Shown: piece by piece, positions 51,601 through 63,578 of the stretch
Position numbering within the stretch: position 1 is the stretch's first letter
Layout: each line of letters starts with the position of its first letter
DNA from: Nemertoderma westbladi
Lineage: Eukaryota > Animalia > Xenacoelomorpha
Length of the DNA stretch: 64,000 nt
Assembly (NCBI GenBank): GCA_032718475.1
Contig: JAUCBJ010001223.1
Span: 62,001-126,000 of the forward strand
Reading direction: 5' to 3'
The notes under the pieces: generated by a model
What the model saw: the letters and a program-made list of their open reading frames with translations, nothing else
The model's database searches: none
Told to the model about the DNA's origin: nothing
Position numbers and translations under genes: made by a program

Positions 51601-52480
51601 CTCACTCCCTCACTCACTCCCTCACTTCCCTCACTTCCCTCACTTCCCTCACTTCCCTCACTTCCCTCACTTCCCTCACTCACTCCCTCACTTCCCTCAC
51701 TCACTCCCTCACTTCCCTCACTTCCCTCACTTCCCTCACTTCCCTCACTCACTTCCCTCACTTCCCTCACTTCCCTCACTTCCCTCACTTCCCTCACTTC
51801 CCTCACTTCCCTCACTCACTCCCTCACTTCCCTCACTTCCCTCACTTCCCTCACTCACTCCCTCACTCACTCCCTCACTTCCCTCACTTCCCTCACTTCC
51901 CTCACTTCCCTCACTCACTCCCTCACTCACTCCCTCACTTCCCTCACTTCCCTCACTTCCCTCACTTCCCTCACTTCCCTCACTTCCCTCACTTCCCTCA
52001 CTTCCCTCACTTCCCTCACTTCCCTCACTTCCCTCACTCACTCCCTCACTTCCCTCACTTCCCTCACTTCCCTCACTTCCCTCACTTCCCTCACTTCCCT
52101 CACTTCCCTCACTGCCTCACTTCCCTCACTTCCCTCACTTCCCTCACTTCCCTCACTTCCCTCACTTCCCTCACTTCCCTCACTTCCCTCACTTCCCTCA
52201 CTTCCCTCACTCACTCCCTCACTTCCCTCACTTCCCTCACTTCCCTCATTTCCCTCACTTCCCTCACTTCCCTCACTTCCCTCATTTCCCTCACTTCCCT
52301 CACTCACTCCCTCACTCACTCCCTCACTTCCCTCACTCACTCCCTCACTTCCCTCACTTCCCTCACTTCCCTCACTTCTGTATACTAGCTTTGACTCTCC
52401 CAGCTATAGTGATAGTATGCAACCTTGGGAGTTAATGTGCGGTCTTACGAGTAAATGTCAAGAGATTAGACTTCATGTTG
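48660..52480 (-). mobile_element. RTE-clade LINE (APE plus RT), frameshifted and internally deleted, with a minisatellite in its 5' region
   Basis: KIATMNARTL, CIQEHR, GVGILLS, YSPTN, NYRGICL, FVDFKKAFDS, GVLQGDTLAP, FADDI, FQYLGS and RRLRFSGH; (TAG)n tail at 48660-48670. 5' boundary approximate. Confidence 0.92.
51234..52378. repeat. Minisatellite (CACTTCCCT)n with CACTCCCT and CACT variants, 1,145 bp
   Basis: Directly visible; nearly pure array. Confidence 0.98.
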
Positions 52481-52750
52481 CCTCCATTGATTCACTCTTC
52501 TTAACTTTATAAAATAACTCCACCCTTATTTAAAGTTTTAAAAATTATGACTTAGTCGACTAATTTTCCAAAATATATTATAAAAACATATAATTTCTTG
52601 AATAAATAGACCTAATAGTAATAAATATTGTTGGCAAATACATTTATAATACTAATATAATAATTAGGGATAAATAATCCTAATACTAATATAAATGTTA
52701 TGGATAAATAGTCCTAATACTATTATGAAAGGAACTCAAACAAACAAATG

Positions 52751-53692
52751 TCAATAGCGTCGTCCTGCGCGAGCAAATACTGTACGAGAGTTTGATGTTA
52801 TAGGTCTTCGAAAATAAGTAAAAGCTGGTTGATTTTCTTTAATTTCATCTTCCTCATTAACCAACTGTTTCTTAATTTCATTCAATTGTTCATTCATTTT
52901 CAGTAATTTACTTTTATTTCCCAGAACCTGTCTTAATATCTCTTCTCTATTTTCCTCATTTTCTTCCATTTGTTTAATAAATTTCCGTATTTGATTTTTG
53001 TTTTGATTTTCATCATTCTCTTCTAAATGTTTAATAATTTTCCGCAATTTATTCTTATTTCCAAGTAATTGTCTCAATATTTCCTTATTATTATCATTTT
53101 CATCATCTTCTTCACTTTCCTGACCTTCACTTTCTTCGTCCTCTCCATGACCTTCACTTTCTTCATCCTCTTTCTGACCTTCACTTTCGTCATCCTCTTC
53201 CCCGCCTTCACTTTCTTCATCGTCTTCCTGACCTTCGCTTTCTTCATTCTCTTCCTGACCTTCGCTATCTTCACCCTCTTCCTGACCTTCACTTTCTTCG
53301 TCATCTTCCTGACCTTCACTCACTTCGTTCTCAACCTCACTCTCTTCAACTTCATCCTGACCCTCACTATTTTCATTCTCCATCTCATCGTCCTCTTCTT
53401 CTTCACTTTCCTCACTCAAATTTTCATCATTTTCTAGGGGTAACTGTTTTTGTATCCTTTTCAAAATATTCATAACTTTATGAAATTTATTTTCCGTTGT
53501 CTGTTTTATCTTTAATATATCACGCTCAACTCTCTTTTTCTTTTCATCTTCACTAAAAATATCTTCGGATTTTTTAAATTTCTTTGGTAATGGATCCATT
53601 AGTTTATCCTTTCTATGTCTTTCCATGTGACGAGATAGATTGTCTTGTCTCATTTCTTTATTACAAACCAAACATTTTTCATAACTAGGCAT
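52751..53692 (-). CDS. Intronless 313-aa protein: N-terminal C2H2 finger, acidic 9-aa repeats, coiled coil; probably from a mobile element or virus
   Basis: CLVCNKEMRQDNLSRHMERH; repeated ESEGQEDDE-type units; intact ATG-to-stop frame in AT-rich DNA; TATA and Inr upstream. Confidence 0.7.
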   Translation of the reverse strand: MPSYEKCLVCNKEMRQDNLSRHMERHRKDKLMDPLPKKFKKSEDIFSEDEKKKRVERDILKIKQTTENKFHKVMNILKRIQKQLPLENDENLSEESEEEEDDEMENENSEGQDEVEESEVENEVSEGQEDDEESEGQEEGEDSEGQEENEESEGQEDDEESEGGEEDDESEGQKEDEESEGHGEDEESEGQESEEDDENDNNKEILRQLLGNKNKLRKIIKHLEENDENQNKNQIRKFIKQMEENEENREEILRQVLGNKSKLLKMNEQLNEIKKQLVNEEDEIKENQPAFTYFRRPITSNSRTVFARAGRRY

Positions 53693-53803
53693 TATATAGC
53701 AATGTCAATTGATATTATGAGTTTTCGATAAATGATTTTACATAATTTTAAATAAATAAAACTTTTATGAAAATAAATAAAACTTTTAAAAATAAAAATT
53801 AGA

Positions 53804-53839
53804 GAATGAATGGGAATGCGGTGACTGGGGGCTTTTATA
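53804..53839 (-). promoter_or_regulatory. TATA box plus initiator for the 313-aa ORF
   Basis: TATAAAAG (53839-53832) lies 32 nt upstream of the A in TCATTC (53809-53804), ~115 nt before the ATG. Confidence 0.6.
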
Positions 53840-54459
53840 GAGGGAGGTTAGAATGGAGTTGTGAAAGAAGAATAATCTATTGCAAGAGCAGATGTTTATT
53901 ATAATTTCTTGGACGAATTGATGTAATAACGAAGCTGAAGGTTTGAATAATTAAAGCTCTGTGGCATGCCCCATTCACGCAGGCCCCATTCACGCATTGA
54001 TGTTTGGGTTAGTCATGCTACAGTTAATAAGAGCCCAAACAGCCACAGATTATTGAGGGATGACTCAGGGCCAAACTGGGCCGCACAGTGCCTATTGTAT
54101 TGTATATTTCGTTTGTTATAGTACAATTTATTCATCTCGCGTCCCTATCTGATTGATTTGTATCAAATTAAATTGCCTTTGGCAACATTATTTGATACAA
54201 ATCGATTGATTAAACAATTAATTAATTGTTTAATCGACCAATTAATTAATTGATTAATTAATTAATGACCTACTTAACACCCAAGGTGTGAAGTGGGTCT
54301 CAACTGTCGCCGAAGTAGGGTAAACCATTACTACTTACGCTATTATAGCATTAGATACTAGGCCACTTCACCGATCACCCCAAGCATGTTCTTGTTCTGA
54401 TGAGCCAGCTGGAGATTAAACATGGATGTTTAAGCATGAAGGATGTATAAGCATGGATG

Positions 54460-54779
54460 TTTAAGCATCCAAGCATCCTCATTGGTTCCCCCAAGCTTGA
54501 CACTAGAACAAAATCGCCTCCGCTTTGCAGGACATTGCTTTCGCCGTGAGGACCAGCCAGTGCATAATCTTGTACTTTGGCAGCCTCATGGAGTGAATAA
54601 GCATGGTGGACAGCCCATGACTTTCTTGAGACGCATCTTAAAGGACACTGGCTTTGAAGATGCGGATGATCTAGCAAATGTCATGGGTGATAGGGAGTTG
54701 TGGCGGTGCAATTTTGTTGACAAGCCGGCACAGAAAATGCAGCTGCAATGCAGCATGCCGATCCTAGTAGTAGTAGTAG
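54460..54779 (+). mobile_element. 5'-truncated RTE LINE 3' end
   Basis: RLRFAGHCFR...LVLWQP; (TAG)n tail; candidate TSD TAAGCATGGATG (54448-54459, 54780-54791). Confidence 0.82.
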
Positions 54780-57532
54780 TAAGCATGGATGATTATGCTA
54801 CATATTAATTATGGAGTTAGGGCCTACATGGCTGATTTCGAACAGAGGCGGCCGAATCTACAGGTCGTGTGGGCCGATATATGTTTGAGATGTAAAGTAA
54901 TACATTACACTAACATGGTAAAAAAATTTTCTTAAACTTCTATAATTTGGAATCCTGCCTGCCCCCCACTGAGATAAGAGTAAATACAGCGCGCCTGAAA
55001 GGTTATCAATATGCTAATCAGTGGACCTACCGTGTAACTAAATAAAAAATTACCATTAATTCAACCTGTTTAATGGCGCCTACAAAAGTTTATCAAAAAT
55101 AACAAATACAATTAATTATTTACAATTGAAATGTTGGAATCAAACAAAATCATTATTTTGACTTCCAATCCCATCTAAATAGAGGAAAGTCAGTGCGTTT
55201 GATTGGCTGTCTAATGTTACAAGAATCCGTTCGCATTGGTACTCCATTAATTCATTATCTATTGACACTTTGTACCTGAGGACAGCGCATTTACTTTGCG
55301 TTGCTCGTAGCTCATGGCCTGAGTTCGCGGCATCAAACTTTGTCCATTTCTTCACCTTTGCTAATTAAGGATTCCCAGTTGGCACTCTAGGATTGACTAG
55401 TATGGGTTGGAAAAGTAGCATTAGCTCAAGGCTACACTATATGCTGCACTAATTTCCGCCGCTATCCATTTTAATCAGCATGCCCCACACGTATTCTATA
55501 CACGGTAAAACTGCAGGAACTTTTTATATTTCCTATTTATGTCAACCTTGTAAATATCAAATTACTCACGCCCTATTATAAAACACATGAGGGTTCATGG
55601 AGATGACATGTGGAGGCATTTCTTAGATTAGAGTCTCATGACTTAGGGCTATGGTCACATTACAGTTTCACTCATGGCCTTCTTAACACCATCCAAAAAA
55701 ATACTCTAACACACATAAACATATCCAAGCCTGTACCGATCCGTCGGTAAATTAAATAACAGACTTTCCTACTGAGAATCAAACCTGGGCCTTTTTATAT
55801 GTAAGATGTAACTTTCTGTATTAACTTTGTTTTAATTTCACTTTAGTATTTATTTATTATATTATTATACTGGCACTACAGTACTGACTACTTACTGTAT
55901 TCAAAACTGTCAATTTGTTAACTAAATGAAGAGACGAAAACCCACGAGCAGCAGTGCGATATCTCATCACGGTAAAATGTCACAATGGAAAGACTCTGTT
56001 TAGGTATGAACGACTTTTGAGTCATTGTTACTGATAGCATGTGTAAAGGATATTGTTGAAACTATCGAATTGAGTACAGTAATTAAGAACTGGGTTTCTT
56101 TAAAAAAAAAACGTATATAGAATTAAATTCAAATAATTAAAACGATGATATTTGTTCAATTGAAATTTGTTGTGAACGTTTATAAAGTAGGCCTACTGTG
56201 GGGCGAGACACGAATGGCGAGCCATCAGCGAACTGATATAATTATACTATGGCCGTTTTTCAAAACTCTCTGTGTGTGTGTGTGTGTGTGTGTCGGAAGC
56301 CATAAATGTCGGAAGCCATAATCTAAATTAATATCTTCAGCTAAATTGTATGGTTGAGTCATTTTGAACGGTCTCTCCATGGAAATTAATGATTTAGCAC
56401 CATACGATTAAAGTTATTTTGCACAGAAATTAGATATCTGGAATCCATGTACCCCATTCCATTATAGTTTTTTATTTTTTCAAGTGATTTGCGTTAATAA
56501 AGGTATTTTTCATTGATTTAAACATAATTAACATTGTAAATTCATACGCTGATTCCATTCTCCCCCATTAGAGCCTAAGGCATGGCAAGGGCAGCCGTGC
56601 CCAATAATATTTCTTGAAGTTGTACATTACTAACACGTTGTGGGGTCTTCGAGCAGCACGTGTTAAAATGTTCAATGACTGAGCAGCGACTAATTAACAA
56701 ATTTATGAGGGATTCATTGACCAGCTACAGACAGATCAATATTGTAACATATATTTTAGTTTAATGTTTGATTCAATTAAAGGCACAAATTAAAAAGGCT
56801 GCAAATATATTGGGGTGAATAATTAAATTAGTCACCCATTAAAAGGTAGCCAATTATAAGTTGCAATCTATATAAATTTTTAAATTCAGTAGTGTGCGTG
56901 TGTTGTGTATTGATTCCGTAGATTTCATGTTGAAATAGCGTTCATTAACTTAATTTCTATTTAATTATTCAGGCATACTAATACCCACTTTAAATTAGTT
57001 CGTGTGTGTTAAGTGTGTAAGATTTGATTGTTTTGGCACGAACCCATTAGGGCACAGAAACTGACGGATTCTTCGCGAATCTCGCAAACGTCGCGAATTT
57101 CGCAAACGTCGCAAACTTCGGTAATTTTTTCTACAATTTTGACTCCTTAAGCAAAAGTGTCCCGAATGAGTTTTTTAACTTTTATTTCTTTGTGATTTTG
57201 ATTGCTTTTTTATATTAGTGAATGTTCTAGAACCTTAGTAGATTTTTTATGGTATATAGCTAGTATTTTTTACTAGCTAGTAATTTTTGGAAATTATTTT
57301 GGTCATTAATATATTCTTCAACAGTTTAACCTGAAATATCATGGACTTTCACATTTTTTATAATTTCTAAAAATACTAGCTAGCAAAAAACACTACCGGT
57401 AGCTATCATAAAGAACATATCTACTAATGTTCTAGAACTTTCACCAATAACAAAAAAATTTAAAAACTCTAAAAAAGGATTGGTGAAGAATGGCTGGGGT
57501 GTCGACAGGGCGAAGTAGGGACCGTGTTGCTT

Positions 57533-57780
57533 AACCCCTTAGAGCCTATGACGTCCAGTGCATGTCACCATGGACAACACTAAGACATGCAGTGGACGTC
57601 ATGCTGCAATACATGTTTTATTGGAAGGCTCTTGGTCTAGGTATACTGGTGGATAGTATTAAAGACATTTAGTGCTCTTCATGGCAAAAAATCCATTCTG
57701 TACTGTAGATAGGATAGGCTTTATTGTAGACTGTATTATCAATGTTAGGTATATGGCGTAATGCCAACCACAGTACAGTA
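57533..57780 (+). mobile_element. Fragment of a second piggyBac-like element
   Basis: TTAA|CCCCTTAGAGCCTATGACGTCC...GGACGTCAT; absent from the paralogous arm; no right TIR seen. Confidence 0.4.
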
Positions 57781-58223
57781 GTACAGACTGACAGTAAGAC
57801 CGACAGACAGACAGACTGGATTTATGTAAACGTGTAAACTGACATCAGAAATGAAATCAGCAACCCTTAACACCCCCATAACGAGAATGTTAGTTAGTTT
57901 GTATTCTTTTTAAAGTTTTGACAGACTGACTGACTGACAGAAAGACCGACAGTCCGACAAACTAGATTAATGTAAACCTGAAAACTGACATCAGAAATGA
58001 AATCAGCACCCCTTAAAACCCCCATAGCGAGAATGTTAGTTAATTTGAATTATTTTTTATGTTTTGACAGACTGACTAACAGAATTACCGACAGACAGAC
58101 AGACTAGATTTATGTAAACGTGAAAACTGACATCAGAAATGTAATCAGCACCCCTTAAAACCCCCACAGCGAGAATGTTAGCGACACGTTTTAATTATTA
58201 ACCATATTTCGTAAGATATATTT

Positions 58224-58841
58224 CATCATCGTGTCTGCACGGTATTTCACATAGCGCCCCATTTGGTGATCTCCAGTGAATGTTTGGATTTGACCTGACC
58301 AAATTGGTTTACTACGGAAGATCCGCAGTGGGCACACCTGAGCGGGTGTGGGCCACTCGGACTAGGACTTTGTAATTGTTTTGCAAATATTGGGACCATG
58401 CATTTTCTAACTTACAGGTTTCGTTGCATTGCTTGGATCAAACTTATCCTGTATTCTATAATGCGTGGTATTTTACTCTCCGACATCGGTAGAGGTGAAG
58501 AGGTGTGTTGTTGGTCTGCCTCTGCGTCATTGGGGCGGGGGGGGAGGGGGGGGGGGGGGGTGTATTGGGGCAAGTGTCAGATTCATCTATTCGTGTTGAT
58601 GGTTGGTGAGGATTCTACTTCTGGCTAGGTCTGGCCTAGAGTAGAAGCAGTTCCGCGGCAATAATAATATTGCTCCTCAAAAGAGGGCCCTTACTGCATC
58701 AGGGACGCGTTTTTCGACAGAGCCCCGTCAGCTGAAACAGCCAGTGCCGCTAGTCGGTGGGGTTGACTTGTTGACGAGAGGCTATTATGAGGCGCAATGG
58801 GATACGCATTGCGTATCTCCTTCTGTCAACCAATACTGGCC
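58224..58841 (-). mobile_element. Short non-autonomous retroelement, probably RTE-derived (structured 5' head plus 3' tail)
   Basis: 12-bp TSD TAAGATATATTT (58212-58223, 58842-58853); empty site in the paralogous arm (~61205-61220); GATGATG tail. Confidence 0.72.
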
Positions 58842-61800
58842 TAAGATATATTTTTAAACATTTATTTATTAATAATGCAATAACTGAATAACCAGATAAC
58901 GGAAAGACAAATCGAATTGAAACTTTTAATTACTAATAATAATTGTGGTGAGAGGTGATTGGAAATCAAGCATATATGTTATGTTATGGTAGGCACAGGC
59001 AAATGAATTGATGTCTGTTGAGATGTATTGAAGGAGCACTATTCCTTCTACTAGACTACTACAGGTTAGGCCATGTCCTTGTGTGCTAGCCTAGGCACTG
59101 GCTTGGTCAATGACTTTAGCTTTAGCTGCCATTTTAGTAATGTACAACTTCAAGAAATATTATTGGGCACGGCTGCCCTTGTTCATGCCTTGTTGTCACA
59201 CACACACATACACACACAGAGACTTTTGAAAAACGGCCATAGTATAATTACAGTATATCAGTTCGCTGATGGCTCGCCATTCGTGTCTCGCCCCACACAA
59301 AATACGCATTCACGCAAACAAACAAGTAAAATTAGCCTCGAGATAGCGATAGTTTATGTGCTCGGGAAGAGAGCTTTCGATCATTTGCTCAGATTGGTGC
59401 TCGTGTGTCGGAGCGTATAGCTTGGACAGACTCATAGACTCACAGACAGACAATGCATATTTATATATAACACTAGAAACCTTCTAGTTCACAAGCTTCT
59501 ATACAGTCAATCAATCAATGGACAATATCAAACATAAATAAATTAATTAATTAACTTAACAAAACTTTACATAAGTGAGCATTCTCTCAAACAAACAGAC
59601 TGATGCCGCTTTAGTTGCAGCTACATACAATAATAAACAACATAAGGCTTTATGTTGTAATAGATAAATAATAAAATGGGAAAAGGTTTAAACTGTGTGA
59701 TATTTTCCCCTTAGTGGAAAACTGTATAACTGCAGAGTAGTAGTTAGCGTCCTCGCAAACATAACCTATAGTGCAGTAGGTCACTGCAGCAACTCTATCG
59801 TATTAAAATGGAAGGTTGTAATTTCAGACATTTCGCCCCCTAGTGACAGACTGCCTGCCAAGTGCCAAGTATCAGCAAAAAAGCATTCATAAACAACAAA
59901 ATTGTAGGTTTCCTCATTCAGACATTTCATCCCCTAATAGCGGCAGACTGGGGAACTGTAGATTGGTCATCGTCTCCCCAAGCCCAAATACACACCCTTA
60001 CGGTGTAGTATACTCTGCTTGGTATCAGCAAAAAAAACATTATAAACATATTGTGTAAAGGACCTAAGTATCAGCTAAAAATCATTATTAATAACAAAAT
60101 AGGATAAGATTTTCACTTTCAGACATTTCGCCTCCTAGTGGCAGACTGAAGAACCGCAAACTGGTCGGCGTCCTCCCAACACGCAGCTATGGTCTGGTAG
60201 AATTTATTCTGCAAAGTGTCAGCAGAGTGGTTACGATGATGCTGTTATAATTTCCTGCTTGCTGATCAGTAATTTCTCAGATAACAAAACAACTGCAGAA
60301 TAATGCAATTTTACCTCAAGACGCATTCATGCAAGTATCAAGTAAATGTGTAAAATAATCAGCCTCGAGATAGCCTTTACAATTCATGTTCACGGGCTCA
60401 GGATGGTCTGCATCATATAGATGAACGCACATGATAGAGTCAAGATCCAACTTGTAGGATGACGGACTGACGACCTGCTAGGCCTACCTCGCTAGCACCC
60501 ATCCGGTACATTGCAAAATTGAATAATTGAATCATTTTGTGTTTATGATTATAAACAATATGTGAACTGAAAAAAGCTAATCTAAGATTCACTGCTGGTT
60601 CTTACCAATGTAAGTCAAGAACCAATCACAGTAGATCCTCTCCGCTCTCCTGCTGGGTCCTATTTATTGAGATTACTACTTAACCAACCCAGCCTGCTGC
60701 AGGCCACCTATGATTGGTCTGCAAGTAGCTAGCTGCCTTGCTAACCGATGTATCATTCGCTCAGATTGGTGCTCTTTAGCTGAATATATTAATTTAGATT
60801 ATGGCTTCCGACATTTATGGCTACCGACACACACACACGTCACACACACACACACAGACTTTTGAAAAACGGCCATAGTATAATTATATCAGTTCGCTGA
60901 TGGCTCGCCATACGTGTCTCGCCCCACATGGCAAGCTAAAGTCATTGACCAATCCAGTGCCAAGGCTAGCACACAAGGACATGGCCTAACCTGTAGTAGT
61001 CTAGTAGAAGGAATAGCGCTCCTTCAATACATCTCAACAGACATCAATTCATTTGCCTGTGCCTACCATAACATAACATTTATCCTTGATTTCCAATCAC
61101 CTCTCACCACAATTATTATTAGTAATTAAAAGTTTCAATTAGGTTTGTCTTTCCGTTACTGTATCTGGTTATTCAGTTATTGCATTATTAATAAATAAAT
61201 GTTTTAAAATATATCTTACGAAATATGGTTAATAATTAAAACTTGTCGCTAACATTCTCGCTATGGGGGTGCTGATTACATTTCTAATGTCAGTTTTCAC
61301 GTTTACATAAATCTAGTCTGTCTGTCTGTCGGTCATTCTGTTAGTCAGTCTGTCAAAACATAACAAATGATTCAAATTAACTAACATTCTCGCTATGGGG
61401 GTTTTAAGGGGTGCTGATTTCATTTCTGATGTCAGTTTTCAGGTTTACATAAATCTAGTCTGTCTGTTTGTCGGTCTGTCGGTCTTTCTGTCAGTCAGTC
61501 AGTCTGTCAAAACTTAAAAAAGAATACAAACTAACTAACATTCTCGTTATGAGGGTTTTAATGGGTGCTGATTTCATTTCAGATGTCAGTTTTCACGTTT
61601 AATAAATCTAGTCTGTCTGGCTATCGGTCTTTCTGTCAGTCAGTCTGTCAAAACTTAAGAAAGTATACTAACTAACCAACATTCCCGCTATGGGGGTTTT
61701 AAGGGTTGCTGATTTCATCTCAGCCATTTTTCACCATTCCTTTTTTGGAGTTTTTAAATTTTTTTGGGATTGGTGAAAGTTCTAGAACATTAGTAGATAT

Positions 61801-63123
61801 GTTTTTTATGATAGCTACCGGTAGTGTTTTTTTGCTAGCTAGTATTTTTAGAAATTATAAAAAATGTGAAAGTCCATGATATTTAAGGTTAAACTGTTGA
61901 AGAATATATTAATGACCAAAATAATTTCCAAAAATTACTAGCTAGTAAAAAATACTAGCATTAAACTATAAAAAATCTACTAAGGTTCTAGAACATTCAC
62001 TAATATAAAAAAGCAATCAAAATCACAAAAAAAATAAAGGTTAAGAAACTCATTCGGGACCCTTTTGCTTAAGGAGTCAAAATTGTCGAAAAATTCCCGA
62101 AGTTTGCGAAATTCGCGAAGAATCCGTCAGTTTCTGTGCCCTAATGGGTTCGTGCCGAAACAATCAAATCTTACACACTTAACACACACGAATTAATTTA
62201 AAGTGGGTATTAGTATGCCTGAATAATTAAATAGAAATTAAGTTAATGAACGCTATTTCAACATGAAATCTACGGAATCAAGACACAACACACGCACAGT
62301 ACTGAATTTAAAAATTTATATAGATTGCAACTTATATTTGGCTACCTTTTAATGGGTGACTAATTTAATTATTCACCCCAATATATTTGCAGCCTTTTTA
62401 ATTTGTGCCTTTAATTGAATCAAACATTAAACTAAAATATATGTCACAATATTGATCTGTCTGTAGCTGGTCAATGAATCTCTCATAAATTTGTTAATTA
62501 GTCGCTGTTCATTCATTGAACATTAGAACACGTGCTGCTCGAAGACCCCACTACGTGTAGCCTACTACTTCGTTTTAAAAATTAATACTTAGTTAAAATG
62601 TACTCCTTACCAGACTGAGAACAATTGTCAAACTACATTAAGATTTCAACTACAGTACTTCCTGACAATGATTTATCACAATTCACAAATACATTATATT
62701 TAAATGAAGTTGCTTTGTACAGAAGTATCCCACTTCAAATAACAGTTGCAACAGCAAATTGAAACCAGTCGTTGGTTTGTGCCATAGTCCTCACAGTAAA
62801 CACTTGTATGTTTTGTAAACTAAACGTTTCTCGCTCTGTGGGGCGAGCCACTTAGTAAGCGTAGCCTTAGCTTATGGTTATAATTATTAGTCTATGGTGT
62901 CTGCCTTTCTGTCGGTGGGTCTGTCTGTTGTCTAATTTTCATAAGATTCCCATTAAGTTGCTATGTATGTATCCACCTGAGCTAAAACTTGGTATGTGAG
63001 TCGTCATTTTGTTGTAAAAATGGCTGGTGTCGTCATTTTGTTGTAAAGACGGCTGTGAGCCGTCATTTTGTTGTAAAGACGGCTGTGTGTCCTGAGCAAC
63101 GCAGCCCTATTACTATAGTCAGC

Positions 63124-63540
63124 TGGTATTTCAGGCGTATAACGCAGCCATTACACAATAACATACACCGTAGGAAAAACATGACCGAGTTTGCTAACTT
63201 CCGATAACATTTACATTTAATTCCTTCGTTACATTAACATCGTATAATAAGCTGGTAAAAAACTTGTAAAGTTAGGCCACTGGTTCACAGCGTCCTGGGT
63301 ACATTATGACAGACAATCCTATGTAGTCAGTATGTACATTATGACAAATAATCCTGTAGTCCTAAGTGCTGCATTAATAAGCAGTAAGCTAGCTACATGC
63401 TATTGATGTTAGTACTGTACCGGTACATTAAGACAAGTCTGAAGTCATTATGTTACTGTAGTATGGCATTTATCTGTATAACGTTTATGTCCGTTAATAT
63501 AGCTTATGTCCATTAATATATATAACTTATGTCCATAACA
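63124..63540 (-). repeat. 3' LTR of a BEL/Pao element (left boundary tentative)
   Basis: Polypurine tract GAGTGGGGAG (63550-63541) immediately followed by TGTTATGG; candidate end ...GAAATACCA. Confidence 0.72.
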
Positions 63541-63578
63541 CTCCCCACTCGGCATCTGCCGCTTCCATAATTTCAAGT

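Larger units (their letters stand above)
56197..62557 (+). mobile_element. Non-coding element with TGTGGGG...CCCCAC ends (Helentron/HINE-like), interrupted by an inverted same-family insertion at 56634-60928
   Basis: Head TGTGGGGCGAGACACG..GGCGAGCCA plus (TG)n; ~130-bp internal tandem repeats with (GTCT/GTCA)n; 56634-59137 is the reverse complement of 60929-62557. Confidence 0.7.

Noticed and set aside
51098-52435. 400+ aa ORFs of SLT/HFP/SLP and SEG/REV repeats
   Set aside because: Artefacts of the 9-bp minisatellite, with frames switching at variant units.
54395-54420. CTGATGAG as a hammerhead ribozyme core
   Set aside because: No stem II followed by GAAA and no flanking helices.
55140-55355. 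71-aa ORF or possible host exon
   Set aside because: No recognisable motif or partner exons.
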